Below, in pieces: positions 26,901-41,039 of a DNA stretch of 64,000 nt. The position numbers and the translations under genes are program-made. The notes below the pieces were generated by a model, which was not told the origin of the DNA, searched no databases, and saw only the letters and a list, made by a program, of their open reading frames with translations. How positions within the stretch are numbered: position 1 is the first letter of the stretch; each line of letters starts with the position of its first letter. Source of the stretch: Octopus vulgaris (taxonomy: Eukaryota); the NCBI GenBank assembly GCA_951406725.2, contig OX597814.1, positions 165,726,001-165,790,000 of the forward strand. Direction: 5' to 3'.

Positions 26901-29900
26901 GACATATAACTTCTGAACCTTTAGTTTTCCCTTACATAATCTTTTAATATTTTACTGGGGCATCACCTTGAAGGGTTTAGGTCGAACAAATCGACCCCAG
27001 GACTTATTTTTTAAAGCTTTGTACTTATTCTAGCACTCTTTTGCCAAACTAGTAAGTTACAGAGACATTAACATACCAACATCAGTCAAGCAGTGGTAGG
27101 GGACAAACAAAGACATTCACACATAGATATATACATATATATATATGCATATATACATACATGTGCATGTGTGTGTACACATATATGGTAGGCTTCTTTC
27201 CTTTTCCTTCTACCATACCCACTCACAAGACTTTGGTCGACCTGAGGCTACAGTAGAAGACACTTGCCCAAGATGAGATGCAGTGGGACTGAACCCAGAA
27301 CCATGTGGTTGGGTAGCAAGCTTCTTACCACACAGCCATGCTTGTGCCTTCATATGGCCTTATTACTAAATTTTATTCATGTATAAAAATTTGTATTTTT
27401 AAATCTCTACTAACAAATAATGCCAAGCATTATTCAGTTCTCCTATATGTCAATCATTACTCATTTCTCTTCCACTTGCTAATTATAAAAATTTTTGAAG
27501 TTTTAAAAATATTTATGATGAGGTAAAATTATATCCTAAATCTTATTTTTCTGCAGAATGAATGTGAAGAAAAGCTGAAGCTAGCCATGCCTGCCTTTAA
27601 CACTGCTGTTGCAGCACTACATACACTGAAACAAAATGATATCACTATTGTGAAAGCAATGACAAACCCACCTCAAGGAGTAAAACTGGTGATGGCAGCA
27701 GTGTGCACAATGAAGGTAATATAGATACAATGTAGGATGTATTCTATAATTTAGATGCATGCAGGACCTATAAGAAGATGGTATTAGCCAGTTCAAAAGG
27801 CGGCGAGCTGGCAGAAACGTTAACATGCCGGGCGAAATGCTTAGCGGTATTTCGTCTGCCGTTACGTTGTGAGTTCAAATTCCGCCAAGGTCGACTTGGC
27901 CTTTCATCCTTTCGGGGTCGATAAATTAAGTACCAGTTACGCACTGGGGTCGATGTAATCGATTTAATACCTATGTCTGTCCCCTCTGTGTTTAGCCCCT
28001 TGTGGGTAATAAAGAAATAGGTATTAGCCAGTTCATCAGTCCAAAGTTTAGAGTCAAAAAGGAATCCACGATTATCTGACAAGTTCCAACCTTCTGCAAC
28101 AAGAAAAAATTTACAGAGCCCTTGAACTTTACCATCCCTAATCCTATGACTGTCTTACAAAATTTCGCTCCAGAGCTCCTGGGTGCATGATATAATGGTT
28201 CTTATTGTTAGGCATTTGGTATATGACATGATTACTACTGGTATTTCTTTGCTTGGGTATATTGTAAATTAAATAATATAGTTGGATGTTTGTGATTATA
28301 CATGATTACATGTTGTTGATGGCAATCTATGTTTATAGCTAAGTTGTAATCTATTTGGGGGGTCAAATCCTTTAAAAAAAAAAAAAGAAATGTCACAAAA
28401 TCATGATGTATTCTTCTGTAATCATGTGGTCATAAACACAAGAATCTTAGAACCAAATATTTCAAATTTCTTCCTTAGGGAATCAAGCCTGATAAGAAAA
28501 CAGACCAGAATGGTAAAATAGTAGAAGATTACTGGGCTGCATCAAAGAAGGTCAGTTGTTATGGTTGTTGTTATATATTTTTGTTGTTGAAAATATTGAT
28601 GCAGATTGTGTTGATGGTATCATCATGATTATTGTTAGAACCCTATCTACATGTTGTAACTACTCTAGTTACATGAAGTTGCATGATTTTGCAACTTTTG
28701 CTACTTCTAAACACTGTTATTGGGTATTATCTCCATCTCCTAAGTTGTAATCCAGTTCTTTCCACTACAAATTCTTTCTTTCTCTCAGATGCTTAGTGAC
28801 ATGAAATTCTTGGATTCACTGAGAGACTATGACAAAGACAACATTCCTCCAGCAATAATTAACAAGATCCGTGAGAAGTATATCTCTAACAAAGAATTTG
28901 ATCCTTCAATAATCAAAAATGTCTCCTCTGCCTGTGAAGGTTTGTGTAAGTGGGTGAAGGCAATCGATGTTTACGACAGTGTCATTAAGGTCAGTAAAAG
29001 CAAAATTATTTTACAATTTGTATTTTATACACAATATATTTCACTCTAAAAATCAACTGTAACCATTATCTCCGTATTTAAGTATATATTTAGATAAATT
29101 ATTGGGTTGTCAGTTAAATTTGTTTGTGGAGCTGAAAAGGTAGTTTGATGAATTCTTTAAGTGAAGATCTGATAATTTCTACTGTCAAAAAAGGCATAGA
29201 CAATCTAGTGGAATGCTGGCAACAAAATTGTTAACAATGGCACAGGAGTGGCTGTGTGGTAAGTAGCTTGCTTACCAACTGCATGGTTCCAGGTTCAGTC
29301 CCACTGCATGGCACCTTGGGTAAGTGTCTTCTACTAGAGCCTCGGGTCGACCAAAGCCTTGTGAGTGGATTTTGGTAGACAGAAACTAAAAGAAGCCCGT
29401 CGTAAATATGTATTTATATATATGTGTGCATGTGTATATGTTTGTGTGTCTGTGTTTGTCCCCCCAACATTGCTTGACAACCAATGCTGGTGTGTTTACA
29501 TCCCCATAACTTAGCGGTTTGGCAAAAGAGACCAATAGAATAAGTACTAGGCTTACAAAGAATAAGTCCTGGGGTCGATTTTCTCGACTAAAAGGCAGTG
29601 CTCCAGCATGGTTGCAGTCAAGTGACTGAAACAAGTAAAAAAAAAAATTAATGGAGATGAATATATCATTGATTGATTTGCTAAAACCATTGATGAAAAA
29701 TAAAGATTAAATAAATAGAAAAACAACAAATTTATCTGACAACCCAATAATTCAATTATTTATAACATACATATATTTATCCTGTGCAACAAAAGAAGCA
29801 AAGTGTTTAATAATGTTCATTCAATAAGCAATCTCTGAGAAGCACAGGAAGAAATGAAGCTAGCAAACTCTGCTGGGTATATAATACTAGTGTGCATAAA

Positions 29901-30987
29901 AACTGAACATATGAGTAATCAAATATATTGGGCCATCCCATAAATGATGCAACTGAAGACTGCAGAATAAATGATAGTCAGATGGGGCTATGTCCAGCGA
30001 ATATGGTGGATGGGGTGTCATTTCCCATTCAAACTGCACCAGCCTTTGGAATGTCATCTTCGCTGTATTTGGCCAAGCATTATCCTGATGGAAGAACACT
30101 TTTAGTCTTGAAACTAAAGATGGTCGTTTTCCTTCTAGCACTGACTTGAATGACTGGTTGAATGACCAAATCCATGCTTCTCTGCTTGTTCCTCAACAGT
30201 TACAATGGGATTTTGTTCCACCAGGGTTTGCAGGATGTTTTTGTCGTGCTCTACAGATCTTCCAGGATGATGCTCGTCTTCTAAGCTGTACTTTCTGGCT
30301 TAGAATTTCTGGAACCACAGTTGCAACTGGCTTATGCTTATTGACTGATCCTCATATACTGCATTAATATTCCTCGCACTTTCCTTTGCATTGTTGCCTT
30401 TACTGAACTCATAAAGCAAAATATGCCAAAATGCACCTTTGTCACTTCTATTATAGCTTTGAAAAAATAACAGTTAAAATCGAACTGCACTCTTCAAAAC
30501 TTGCACTAAAAATAAGGACAAGGTAAAATTACTACTTGCTTTTTTAGCAAGTTGGTGCAACTAGTTTATCCTGTTCCTCTCAGACTTTTAGTTCATGCAA
30601 TTGAAAAAACCACATTACTTATGGGATGACCCAATAGTATGCAAAAAAGAGGACTGCATGGTTATGGGCAAGTAAAATGTATGGAGGAGAACAGCTATAT
30701 AAAGGCATGCCATGCACTCAAAGGAAATGGAATCTGCAGAAAAGGAGACCAAGGAAGACTTAGGGCAAGGTGATAAAGATAGATCTAAAATTGTTGCATC
30801 TTATATGGATGAAAAAATACCTTGTGCAGTAGTATGTGTCTTGACATGGCCAAATAGGGGACAAAATTTGTGGGATCTTCTCTACATAGTATCTATGTGA
30901 TATATGTGTACATGGGCTTGTAGGTTTAGGTACATACACATATGAACATGCAAGAATGCATATATGCAAGTGTCTGTGTGTAAGTAT

Positions 30988-31054
<67 letters not shown>

Positions 31055-34000
31055 TGAGTGGCTAATAAATAAATCTTTGCCCTCCTTGATAGCCAATCTC
31101 CTTCTAACATGCTATCACTCACTCCTCTACCACATGCTCCTTTTATCACACTTCCTTCTTATCCCTCACTTGTCTTTCACTCATACAATTTGTCACCCAT
31201 GTCTCTGTAGCCCTTACCATTATCCCTTCACCTGCCTTCCCTTCAATCTCTCTCCTCTTCTCCTTGTCCCTGTTCTATACTGTCAAAGTAACTAAGGATA
31301 ACAGTGGTCTCTTTGACTCCCCATACATTTCTTCTGGTGTAACTAGGAATACTACTAGACTTATCTGACCCTTTTGCCTACGTTGTACTACTTTCCCTCT
31401 CACCTTTATCAACCCAGCTCTCTCACCGGCTTGAAGTATATACTTAAGGGATTCTATCAGATTTGCATTTACCTCACAGACTCAACCTAAACTTTCTGGT
31501 GACCATTTGGTTATCAACAGCCATCGTTCTTTCTCACACCTTGCTATCTATCAATCTCTCACCCATATCCTCTCTAGTATTGGTGTCACAATAAAATGCA
31601 CCTAGTACACTTTGTGAAGTTGGTGGCATTAGGAGGGGGCATTCAGCCATGGGTACTATGCCAAAGTAGTTGGAACTTGGTGCAGTCCTCTGGTTCTTCA
31701 GCTCTTGTCAAACTGTCCAACCCATGCCAGCATGGAAAATGCATGTTAAGTATTGATGACAATGTGTGTGTGTGTGTATTTATACACACACACATGCATA
31801 TATACACACACTCACACAATCACTGTCTTATCTCTCTAGTTTGTAGCACCCAAGAAAGAAAGTTTAGCAGTAGCTGAGACATTTCTTAAAGAACAAATGG
31901 GTGAACTTGGAAAGAAACAGAAAGAACTGAAAGATGTGAAGGCTAAACTGGATTCTTTGAAACAAAACTTACACAAAAAACAACAGGAGAAAAAGGTAAG
32001 ATATATATGTATATATATATATATGCACTCACACACACACACGATTGCTTAAGATTTGTGTTACTAAAAGTTTCACAAGCACTAAAAGCATGTCTGATTG
32101 ATCATATACTTTAATACTGAGTGATGAAACAGTCAAAGCTTGTAAATGAGCCTAACTGATACTGGTTTATTAGTGAGGGTGCTTCTCATTGGCCTGTTTG
32201 AGTCATATGATCGAATCTGTCACCCAGCTGTTGTTAGGTGTTATAGTGACTATTGGATGAAGAATGGGAGTTAGCTGTCACACAAGACAGAAGTAGTCTC
32301 TTTGCTTTCATTAGAAATTCCAGTAAAATAATTACAACTTTTAGTTCAGCATATAGTATATATTTCTTTACTACCCACAAGGGGCTAAACACAGAGGGAA
32401 CAAACAAGCATAGAAAAACAGATTAAATCGATTATATCGGCCCCAGTGCATAACTGGTACTTATTTAATCGACCCCGAAAAGATGAAAGGCAAAGTCGAC
32501 CTCGGCGGAATTTGAACTCAGAACGTAGTGACAGATGAAATACAGCTATGCATTTTGCCTGGCATGCTAACGTTTCTGCCAGCTCACCACCTTTCAGCAT
32601 ATAGTATAGCGTTAATGAAAGCTCTGTTGATGTCAACTGTAGTTAAATTATTTTGTTACAGCTGTTACAGTTTTTGAAGACAAAGATGACAGTTATGAGC
32701 TCTGAGTGAGAAAGAAGGGACTTTATCAAGAATATTCCAGGTTATATTGAGCAAGTGATTTTCCTGGTGCTGTAGTCTGCAGAGAGGAATAAATAAGAGC
32801 AGGCAATACTGTAACATGTACAATATAGTAGCTGACATGCACCCAATGTACCATGCAGGGGCAATGCACTTGAGACCATATACTGTAAAGCAAATACTTT
32901 AACTGTATAGCCGCATGTTATTATTCATCTTGGCTGGTTCGCTAGTCCTCAATCAGATCGTCCAACCCATGCTAGCATTGAAAGCAGACGTTAAACGATG
33001 ATGATGATGATGTTATTTCTCTCATCTTGTTCTTGTTTGCCTGTATGTACATACATATTTACACACACACACACACAAATAAAAAGAGCTAAGGGAAATA
33101 AATCAGAGTGTGTGTGTGTGTGTGTAATCAACACTGAATTAATCATCAAGCAAAATAAGCATGTGCTCTGAGCACATGATTATAGGGAAGTGGGTGTATT
33201 ACGTAAATGGTTTATGGCACAAAAGAAATCACTTTGAACTTGTTAAAATGATATTCAAAGTGGTTTATATGATCGGAAATATCATTTCAAAGTATTCATG
33301 GTGTCATAGCGAGGATCTGATTCAAAGAATTTGCAATTAAAAAAAGTAGGAGGAAAAATTTCAAATATGAATAAAGTGGAAGTGTACAAAAATAAACATT
33401 GTTTTCCATTTTACTCTTAGTTTTGTTTCATTTTAAAAAATTAAAATTTATTTTATTGTTCATTATTGTTTTATATTTTGAATTATATATATATGGGTGC
33501 ACCAAAATCTTGTAAGTGTTTTGGGCATCTATAGGTCTTAATCCAGCCCGGTATATAATGTATGTATATGAACATATATGTAAGCAATCCCAGTTTTAAA
33601 ATAGACATATTGCATCCCTACCCATGTTCAAATGGAAAACTAGATGTAAAATGATTAATGTTGATAACAATAGCAACAATGATACCGATAACATACAGCT
33701 GCTGCAAAATTTATTTTAATAACTAATACAACTATAATAGGTAAGTTGAAACAGTCATTTTTACAAGCTTTCATTAGTTGTCGTTACCATGGTTGTTATT
33801 GTCATTGATGTTGTTTATTGTCATTATTGAAGAATCTGGAATTCAACATAGAACTGACAAAAGTGAAACTTGAAAGAGCAGAGAAACTTATAAATGGCCT
33901 TGGTGGTGAACATGACCGGTGGATACAGGTAGAATTTTACATTTTCCCCTGTAACCTTGTTTTAGATTTCTAACTTCCAGCTGTACTGAGAAGGGGAGCA

Positions 34001-36063
34001 GATTTCACAAATTAAATGCCCTTATTGCTTAAATTCATTTCACTAACTTGATTCAGTTCTCTCTACATCAAACTGAAACCTTGGCGTTTAAGAAACCAAT
34101 ATCTCTTATGTTAAATTTGAACATTTATAGGATGAGACACATCCCTTCCCTTAACTCTTTTGGCACCAACCTGCCTGAGACTATGAACTTCATATTTTAA
34201 AAGAACTAAATCAAAACCTTTCATCAGAATTTTATGTAAATTTATGCTCAAAATATCAATTTAGTAATGAGAGCTATTAGTGGAGGTGCGTGGTTTAGTG
34301 GTTAGGGTGTCAGCACCAAGATTGTGGTTTCGATTCCTGGACCGGGCAATGCGTTGTGTTCTTGAGCAAAACGCTTCATTTCACGTTGCTCCAGTCCACT
34401 CAGCTGGCAAAGATGAGTAACGCTGCGATGGACTGGCGTCCCATCCAGCTGGGGAACACATATGCCACAGAAACCGGGAAACCGGGCCCATGAGCCTGGC
34501 TAGGCTTTAAAAGGGTGCATATATTTATTTATTAATAAGAATTATTATACTAAATTATACTAAATAGGAAGTTATTGTATTTCAAGAGAAATATGGTAAC
34601 AAAAAATTTAATTTTACTTCCTATTTTATTTTTCCCACACTAATTTTTATCCATGCCTTCATTCCTGATGTAATTCTTTTGAAATACTCTATTTCCTATA
34701 TATGCTGCCCTTATTTATACCCACCAACAACTCACTAGGAAACAGCACACTTTCATTTGATGTATTTCTAATTTAGTTTTCACTCACATTTCCATTCCAG
34801 GAAAGAGAGTTTCCTCAAGTGTCCCACTTCACTTTCTGTGCATTTCTAACTTACTCCACTCCCATTTCCATTTAAAGCTGAGATGGAGGCCTAAGCAGGT
34901 TATACAAAGCAATCCTTTCCTACCATTTTCTCTTACAGTTCGAACATTTTCATATTGTCGGTTTCATATTGTATGACAACTTTCCTCCTTCTTACTGCTG
35001 TAGTCTTTTATCATGAATATATTTACATATCAAAGTGACTGTCCAGTTCTATAGAATCTGCTGGCATTGTAAACATTAAGATTTTAACATGCACAAATTC
35101 AGACACACCCACACATAGTATAAAGATACCCCTCCTGCATAGACACATATGTTCTTGCTCATATGTATTAGTGAAAACATATATATATATAAGAATTTTT
35201 TGTGCAATAAGATAAAAAAACCAAGGCTGTATAGATATTAGAGCATTTATAGATAGAAGGTCTTACAGCTGTTTCTAGGATATTTATTAATAATATCCCT
35301 TCATCGGAGACGGTGTGAGAGGAAAGTTAATAAAATATATATATACATATATATATATATATCAAATCAAAAATCAAACAAAATCAAAATAGATGAACAT
35401 CAATGGAATTTGTATCTTTGTGGTACCAGTGCCGGTGGCACACAAGAAAACCATCCGAACGTGGCCGTAGCCAGTACCGCACTGACTGGCCTCCATGCTG
35501 TGGGCACGTAACAATCACCATCCAATCGTGGCCGATCGCCAGCCTAATCTGGCTCCTGTGTCGGTGGCACATAAAAAAACACCATCCGAGCGTGGTCGTC
35601 TGCTAGCCTTGTCTGGCACCTGTGTCGGTGGCACATAAAAACACCATCCGAGTGTGGCCGTTCGCCAGCCTCGTCTGGCACCTGTGTCGGTGGCACATAA
35701 AAACACCATCCGAGCGTGGTCGTCTGCTAGCCTTGTCTGGCACCTGTGTCGGTGGCACATAAAAACACCATCCGAGCGTGGCCGTTCGCCAGCTTCATCT
35801 GGCACCTGTGTCGGTGGCACATAAAAACACCATCCGAGTGTGGCCGTTCGCCAGCCTCGTCTGGCACCTGTGTCGGTGGCACATAAAATCACCCACTACA
35901 CTCTCGGAGTGGTTGGCGTTAGGAAGGGCATCCAGCTGTAGAAACACTGCCAGATCTGACTGGCCTGGTGCAGCCTTCGGGCTCCCCAGACCCCAGTTGA
36001 ACCGTCCAACCCATGCTAGCATGGAAAGCGGACGTTAAATGATGATGATGATGATGATGATGA

Positions 36064-36148
<85 letters not shown>

Positions 36149-39100
36149 GACAGAGATAAGTAGGTAGGTGGGTGAGTGGGTGGTGGGTAGGTAGATAGAT
36201 AGATTTGATTGATTTCTCCATCTATGTGTACACACACACATTCACACATCTGATGATGGCTTGGTCAAAATTTGGAAGTGACTATTAATACTAATCTTGT
36301 TAAAGAATAACAAATTTGTGCTCAACCAAAAGTATTGAGTAATCCTCCAGTTTAAGATAAAATTGCTATTATTATAACATAAAAACAATCATTAACATAT
36401 ATAAACACACATACATACAAATAAACAGACAAAACATTGTTATAGAGGTCAACTGTCCAACAGAGATGAGTATTTTCTTTAAAATTAGCAAGTAAGAAAA
36501 CATCTATGGTAAACTACTTCGAAACCTGTGACTTCTCTCCCAAGATTATATATCTACATTTGCCCTTATAACCATTATTGCTTTCTAATAGAGATGGGAT
36601 TTTCAAATAAAAACAAAAATTACCATTTAATAATTATTCTGTAAAGTCATTCTGTAGGCAAAACGGTGGGAGGAGGACAGTTCAGCATGTAATTCTATCC
36701 TGTGGTTGGAATCTAACTTCCAGTGATAGGGCCTTATTGATTTAGTTAGAAATGATCCCCCAACTTCTCTACAGGGATATTACAAAGAATTAGAAAAAAA
36801 AGAGACGGGCATACATCCTAACTATTACACACAGACGCGCGCGCACACACAATGTATGTATGTATATCATCAAACAAAACTCATTTCTTATATATTTACT
36901 GAGAAACTGCTGTGAGTTGATCCCCTGTTCTCTGTGATTAATAAATGTAAACATATTACTATGTTGTTTATTGCCAGGCAGTAGACAGTTTAACGAACAC
37001 ATATGATAACATAATTGGAGATGTCCTGCTGTCAGCATCTGTGGTGGCCTACCTTGGTCCTTTCATCTCTTCTTACAGACAGGTAAGATATAAGGATATG
37101 TAAGTGGTGTGATGATGTGCTGCAGCTGCTACTGATGATGATGATGGTGATGATGAGGCGGAGGAGGCGGGAGGAGGAGGAGAGTGGTGGCGGTGGTGGT
37201 TTACTCTTAGATGAGCCTCAGTTGAATAGACCTCAAATCAAAGGGATTCCAACATGGGAACATCCCATGGTTGCTCTCCTTTTATTGTTTATTTTAATAT
37301 TCTATCAGTTTTTGGCATACTATATTTATGACTATGCTATCAAAATGCATCCTTTTCTAAGACAGTAGAGTGCAGTTTCAGGAAATTTGACTGCTATTTC
37401 TATGTCATAGAGACACATGGCTTTGTAGTTAAGGTGTTGGACTCATGATCGTATGATCATAGTTTTGATTATTGGACTGAGTTTTCCATGAGCAAAACAC
37501 TTCATTTCACATTACTCCAGTCCACTCAGCTGGTAAAAATGAGTAATTCTGTGATGAACCAGCGTCCTGTCCATGGAGGAATATATATGCCAGAGAAACC
37601 AGGAAACTGAATCTATGCTCCTCATGGAGTAATATGGATTTAACTATGCTATGTATAGTGTTGTTGTTGTTGTTGTTTGACTCCAGATGGATCTTGATCA
37701 AGTAGACAAGGGATCAAAGTCATCCCAGTTATAACCTATTCCTTTTTACATGTCATGTATGGACGACTATATAATTCAATGCATCCTTCCTTTCTTTATT
37801 AAAATAGTAGGATGTTGCATCAGAGTGATTTAGCTGATATTTCTAGCAGGTTGGATGATCATACAAAGGTTCTTTCATTGGTTTGTATCGTGGTTGCTGT
37901 TTTATAACCCTAGAACAGCAGTGGTCCAGTTGAGCTATCATGTCAGATATTCTGGTCATGATCATCCCATCTTTTCAGCTATAGCTTAGATTACATTATC
38001 TAATGTCTTTTTTTTTTAAAAAAAGCCAGTAAAGGGTGGTTTTTAGAGAGATTTAGCTGCTATTTCTGGCAGGTAGTGCAACTAATTATATAGAGATTTT
38101 TCTCATGGGTTCTTAGTAAGCAGTAAAAAAGTGTTGTATTTAAAGCATTCTATTGGGTTGTCCGGAAAGTTCATGCCAGTTTATAGTAGCTTACCTTTCG
38201 ACTTATTTTAGAACATGGTTGAGTCTATAAAATAGGATTTGACTACACTTCCATTTAGAGCACAGTTTAAGCTATCTTTTTGTGGAAGAAGGTTTATGTT
38301 CCTATAACCTGTGTTAATTCTGTAACCCTTTACAATAGAAGATAAGAAAATTCATTTCCAGCACTTGATGCTTTGGGAACCAGACAAAAATTGCTGCAGC
38401 TCGGCTGGGATGTGTTACCCCACCCTCCATTTTCACCAGATATTGCGCCTTCGGATTTCCACTTATTCAGGTCTCTGCAGAATAGTCTTAATGGTAAAAA
38501 TTTCAATTCCTTGGATGACGTAAAAAGATACCTTGATAAATTATTTATCATGAAACCACCTCGATTCTGGGAAGAGGGTATTTTCAAGTTAAAGGAAAGA
38601 TGGAGACACATTGTGCAACAAAATGGTTCATGTTTGGTTGATTAAAAATGTAATGGCAACTATTTATTGACCTTTTTCTTTCCTTTAAAAAGCGGCACAA
38701 ACTTTCCTGACAACCCAATATATTAAATACTGCATGCAAGTGCATATAAAGTATATATAAATATTATATGCATGTACCCTTCAAATTAAAGAAATGTATA
38801 TTCAAAGACTTTCTTCTGATTTTTCTTATTTCTTTTCTTTTTCCCTTCAGGAATGTCTCCAAGAATGGTATAAATGTTGCAAGAAGAGAGGGATTCCTCT
38901 TTCAGCTCAGTTCTCTTTGTCCAAAACTTTAGGAAACCCTTTGAAAATCAGAGAATGGCAAATTGCTGGTTTACCTGTTGACAGGTAACTTAAATATATT
39001 AATATTGCTGGTATAGCTTTGTAGTTGCGAGGTTTAATTCCCAACCATGTGATCTTAGGTTCAGTCCCACTGTGCAACACCTTTAACCAGTGTCTTCTAC

Positions 39101-40946
39101 TATAGTTCCAAACCAACCAAAGTCATATGAGTGGATTTGGTAGATAGAAATTGAAAGTAGATAGAAACTGAAAGGCAGTGAGCTGGCAGAAATGTTAGCA
39201 CGCCGGGCGAAATGCTTAGCGGTTTTTACATTCTGAGTTCAAATTCCGCTGAGGTCAACTTTGCCTTTCATCCTTTCGGGGTCAATAAATTAAGCACCAG
39301 TTATGCACTAGGGTCGATGTAATTGACTTGACCCGTTTGTCTGTCCTTGTTTGTCCCCTCTATGTTTAGCCCCTTGTGGGCAATAAAGAAATAAGAAATT
39401 GAAAGAAGCTTATCATATATATGTGTTGGTGTGTACCTTTGTCTAGATACCACCAGATGGTTATAAATAAGCATCATTATTCAAGCAAAATTATTCATTT
39501 CCAGTCTTCTGTGAAAAACATGCCTGGCTATGGTAGATATTACCTAGCTTGGAAACAGGTAAAGGTTGGTGACAGGAAAGGCATCAGGTCATAGAAAATC
39601 TGCTTCAACGAATTTCGTCTGACCCATACAAGCAGGGAAATGTGGATGCTAGAACAATGATGATTTCTCTAAGCCCTAAAGGGATTTTTTTAAGGGCTAA
39701 TACTGGTCCTTAAAGTCTGATTTATGACTATAAGAAGTCAAGTGACTAATTTCACCAAGGATGGAATGCCAACTCTATCTCAGGTACCATTATTAACTGA
39801 TATGGTACCCATTAACAAGTGCTGTGTAAACTAAGATGTGTAGAATGGAGTGCACTATCCACACACACAACAGTAGCCCTATGATGGATTTAAACAAGAA
39901 GACCTTTCAAATGACTACCCACTAACACGTCCCTTCAACCATTTCATTTTTATTAAATAAAACATCTAAGATTATGGTAGGCATAACTGCTACTTACTTT
40001 GGGGGATGGAAGCATAACTGTGTATCTGAAGAACATGTGACTTCATTAAATTTTCATTTGTTATATTGGTCAATTGAGAAGCTGACAAATTTTGCATGCT
40101 GCTGCTGCTGCTGCTGGTAGTGGTTTATGTTTGTGATGGTGATGGTAACGATGGTGATAGTTCTGCTGCTGGTGTTATAGTTGTTGTTGTTGTTAAGCAA
40201 CAAGACAGGTAAGGGTGATTAGGTGATGGTCTAGGGCTTAGGGGCGAGAGACCCCAGGCCTTGGAAAAAAAAAACTTTGGTCATCTTGTAGTCGAGGGCT
40301 CTTCGTTGATGCCCGACACCAGAGAGGTGGTCCTCGAAGTCGCTAGAAATGGAGATCTCTAGGTCCAAATTCTTGGACGACTGCTGCTGCTGCTGCTGAT
40401 TGTGGGTTGAATTCATTCAAAATTCTGGTCAACTTGAATGAAAGGCATTCTAAAAGTGAAGCTGGGCATTAAAAGCATTAGGTAATGAATGTAAACAAAA
40501 GACTGCTATGTGTATGTGACACAAATAAATCATGAGTCCTGAATGAAACAGTACAATTTACTGACATCAGAAGGTAGCTGTGGAGGAGAAAGATGAGGAT
40601 GAACAAATGGGGAGTCATATCTGAGGATGAGGACCCTCACAGATAACAAAATGTGTAGGATATGTTGGTTAGCTAATCCTTTCAACCAGTGCTAAATTGT
40701 TAAAATGATGATATCAATGTTTCAGCTTCTCAGTAGAGAATGGTATCATTGTGGACAACTGTGGGAGATGGCCATTAATAATTGACCCACAAGGTCAAGC
40801 CAACAAATGGATAAAGAACATGGAATGTCACAACAAACTTCAAGTCACCAAACACACTGATGCTAATTATGGCCGGATTATAGAGAACTGCTTACAGGTA
40901 AACAACATTACAGAGCTTTGAATATTCTTTCTAAAAATCTCTCCCC

Positions 40947-41039
<93 letters not shown>

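Noticed and set aside
35500-35890. CRISPR-like repeat array (also 55150-55570)
   Set aside because: Units are contiguous tandem copies without unique spacers, there are no cas genes, and the array is part of a eukaryotic LINE 3' UTR.
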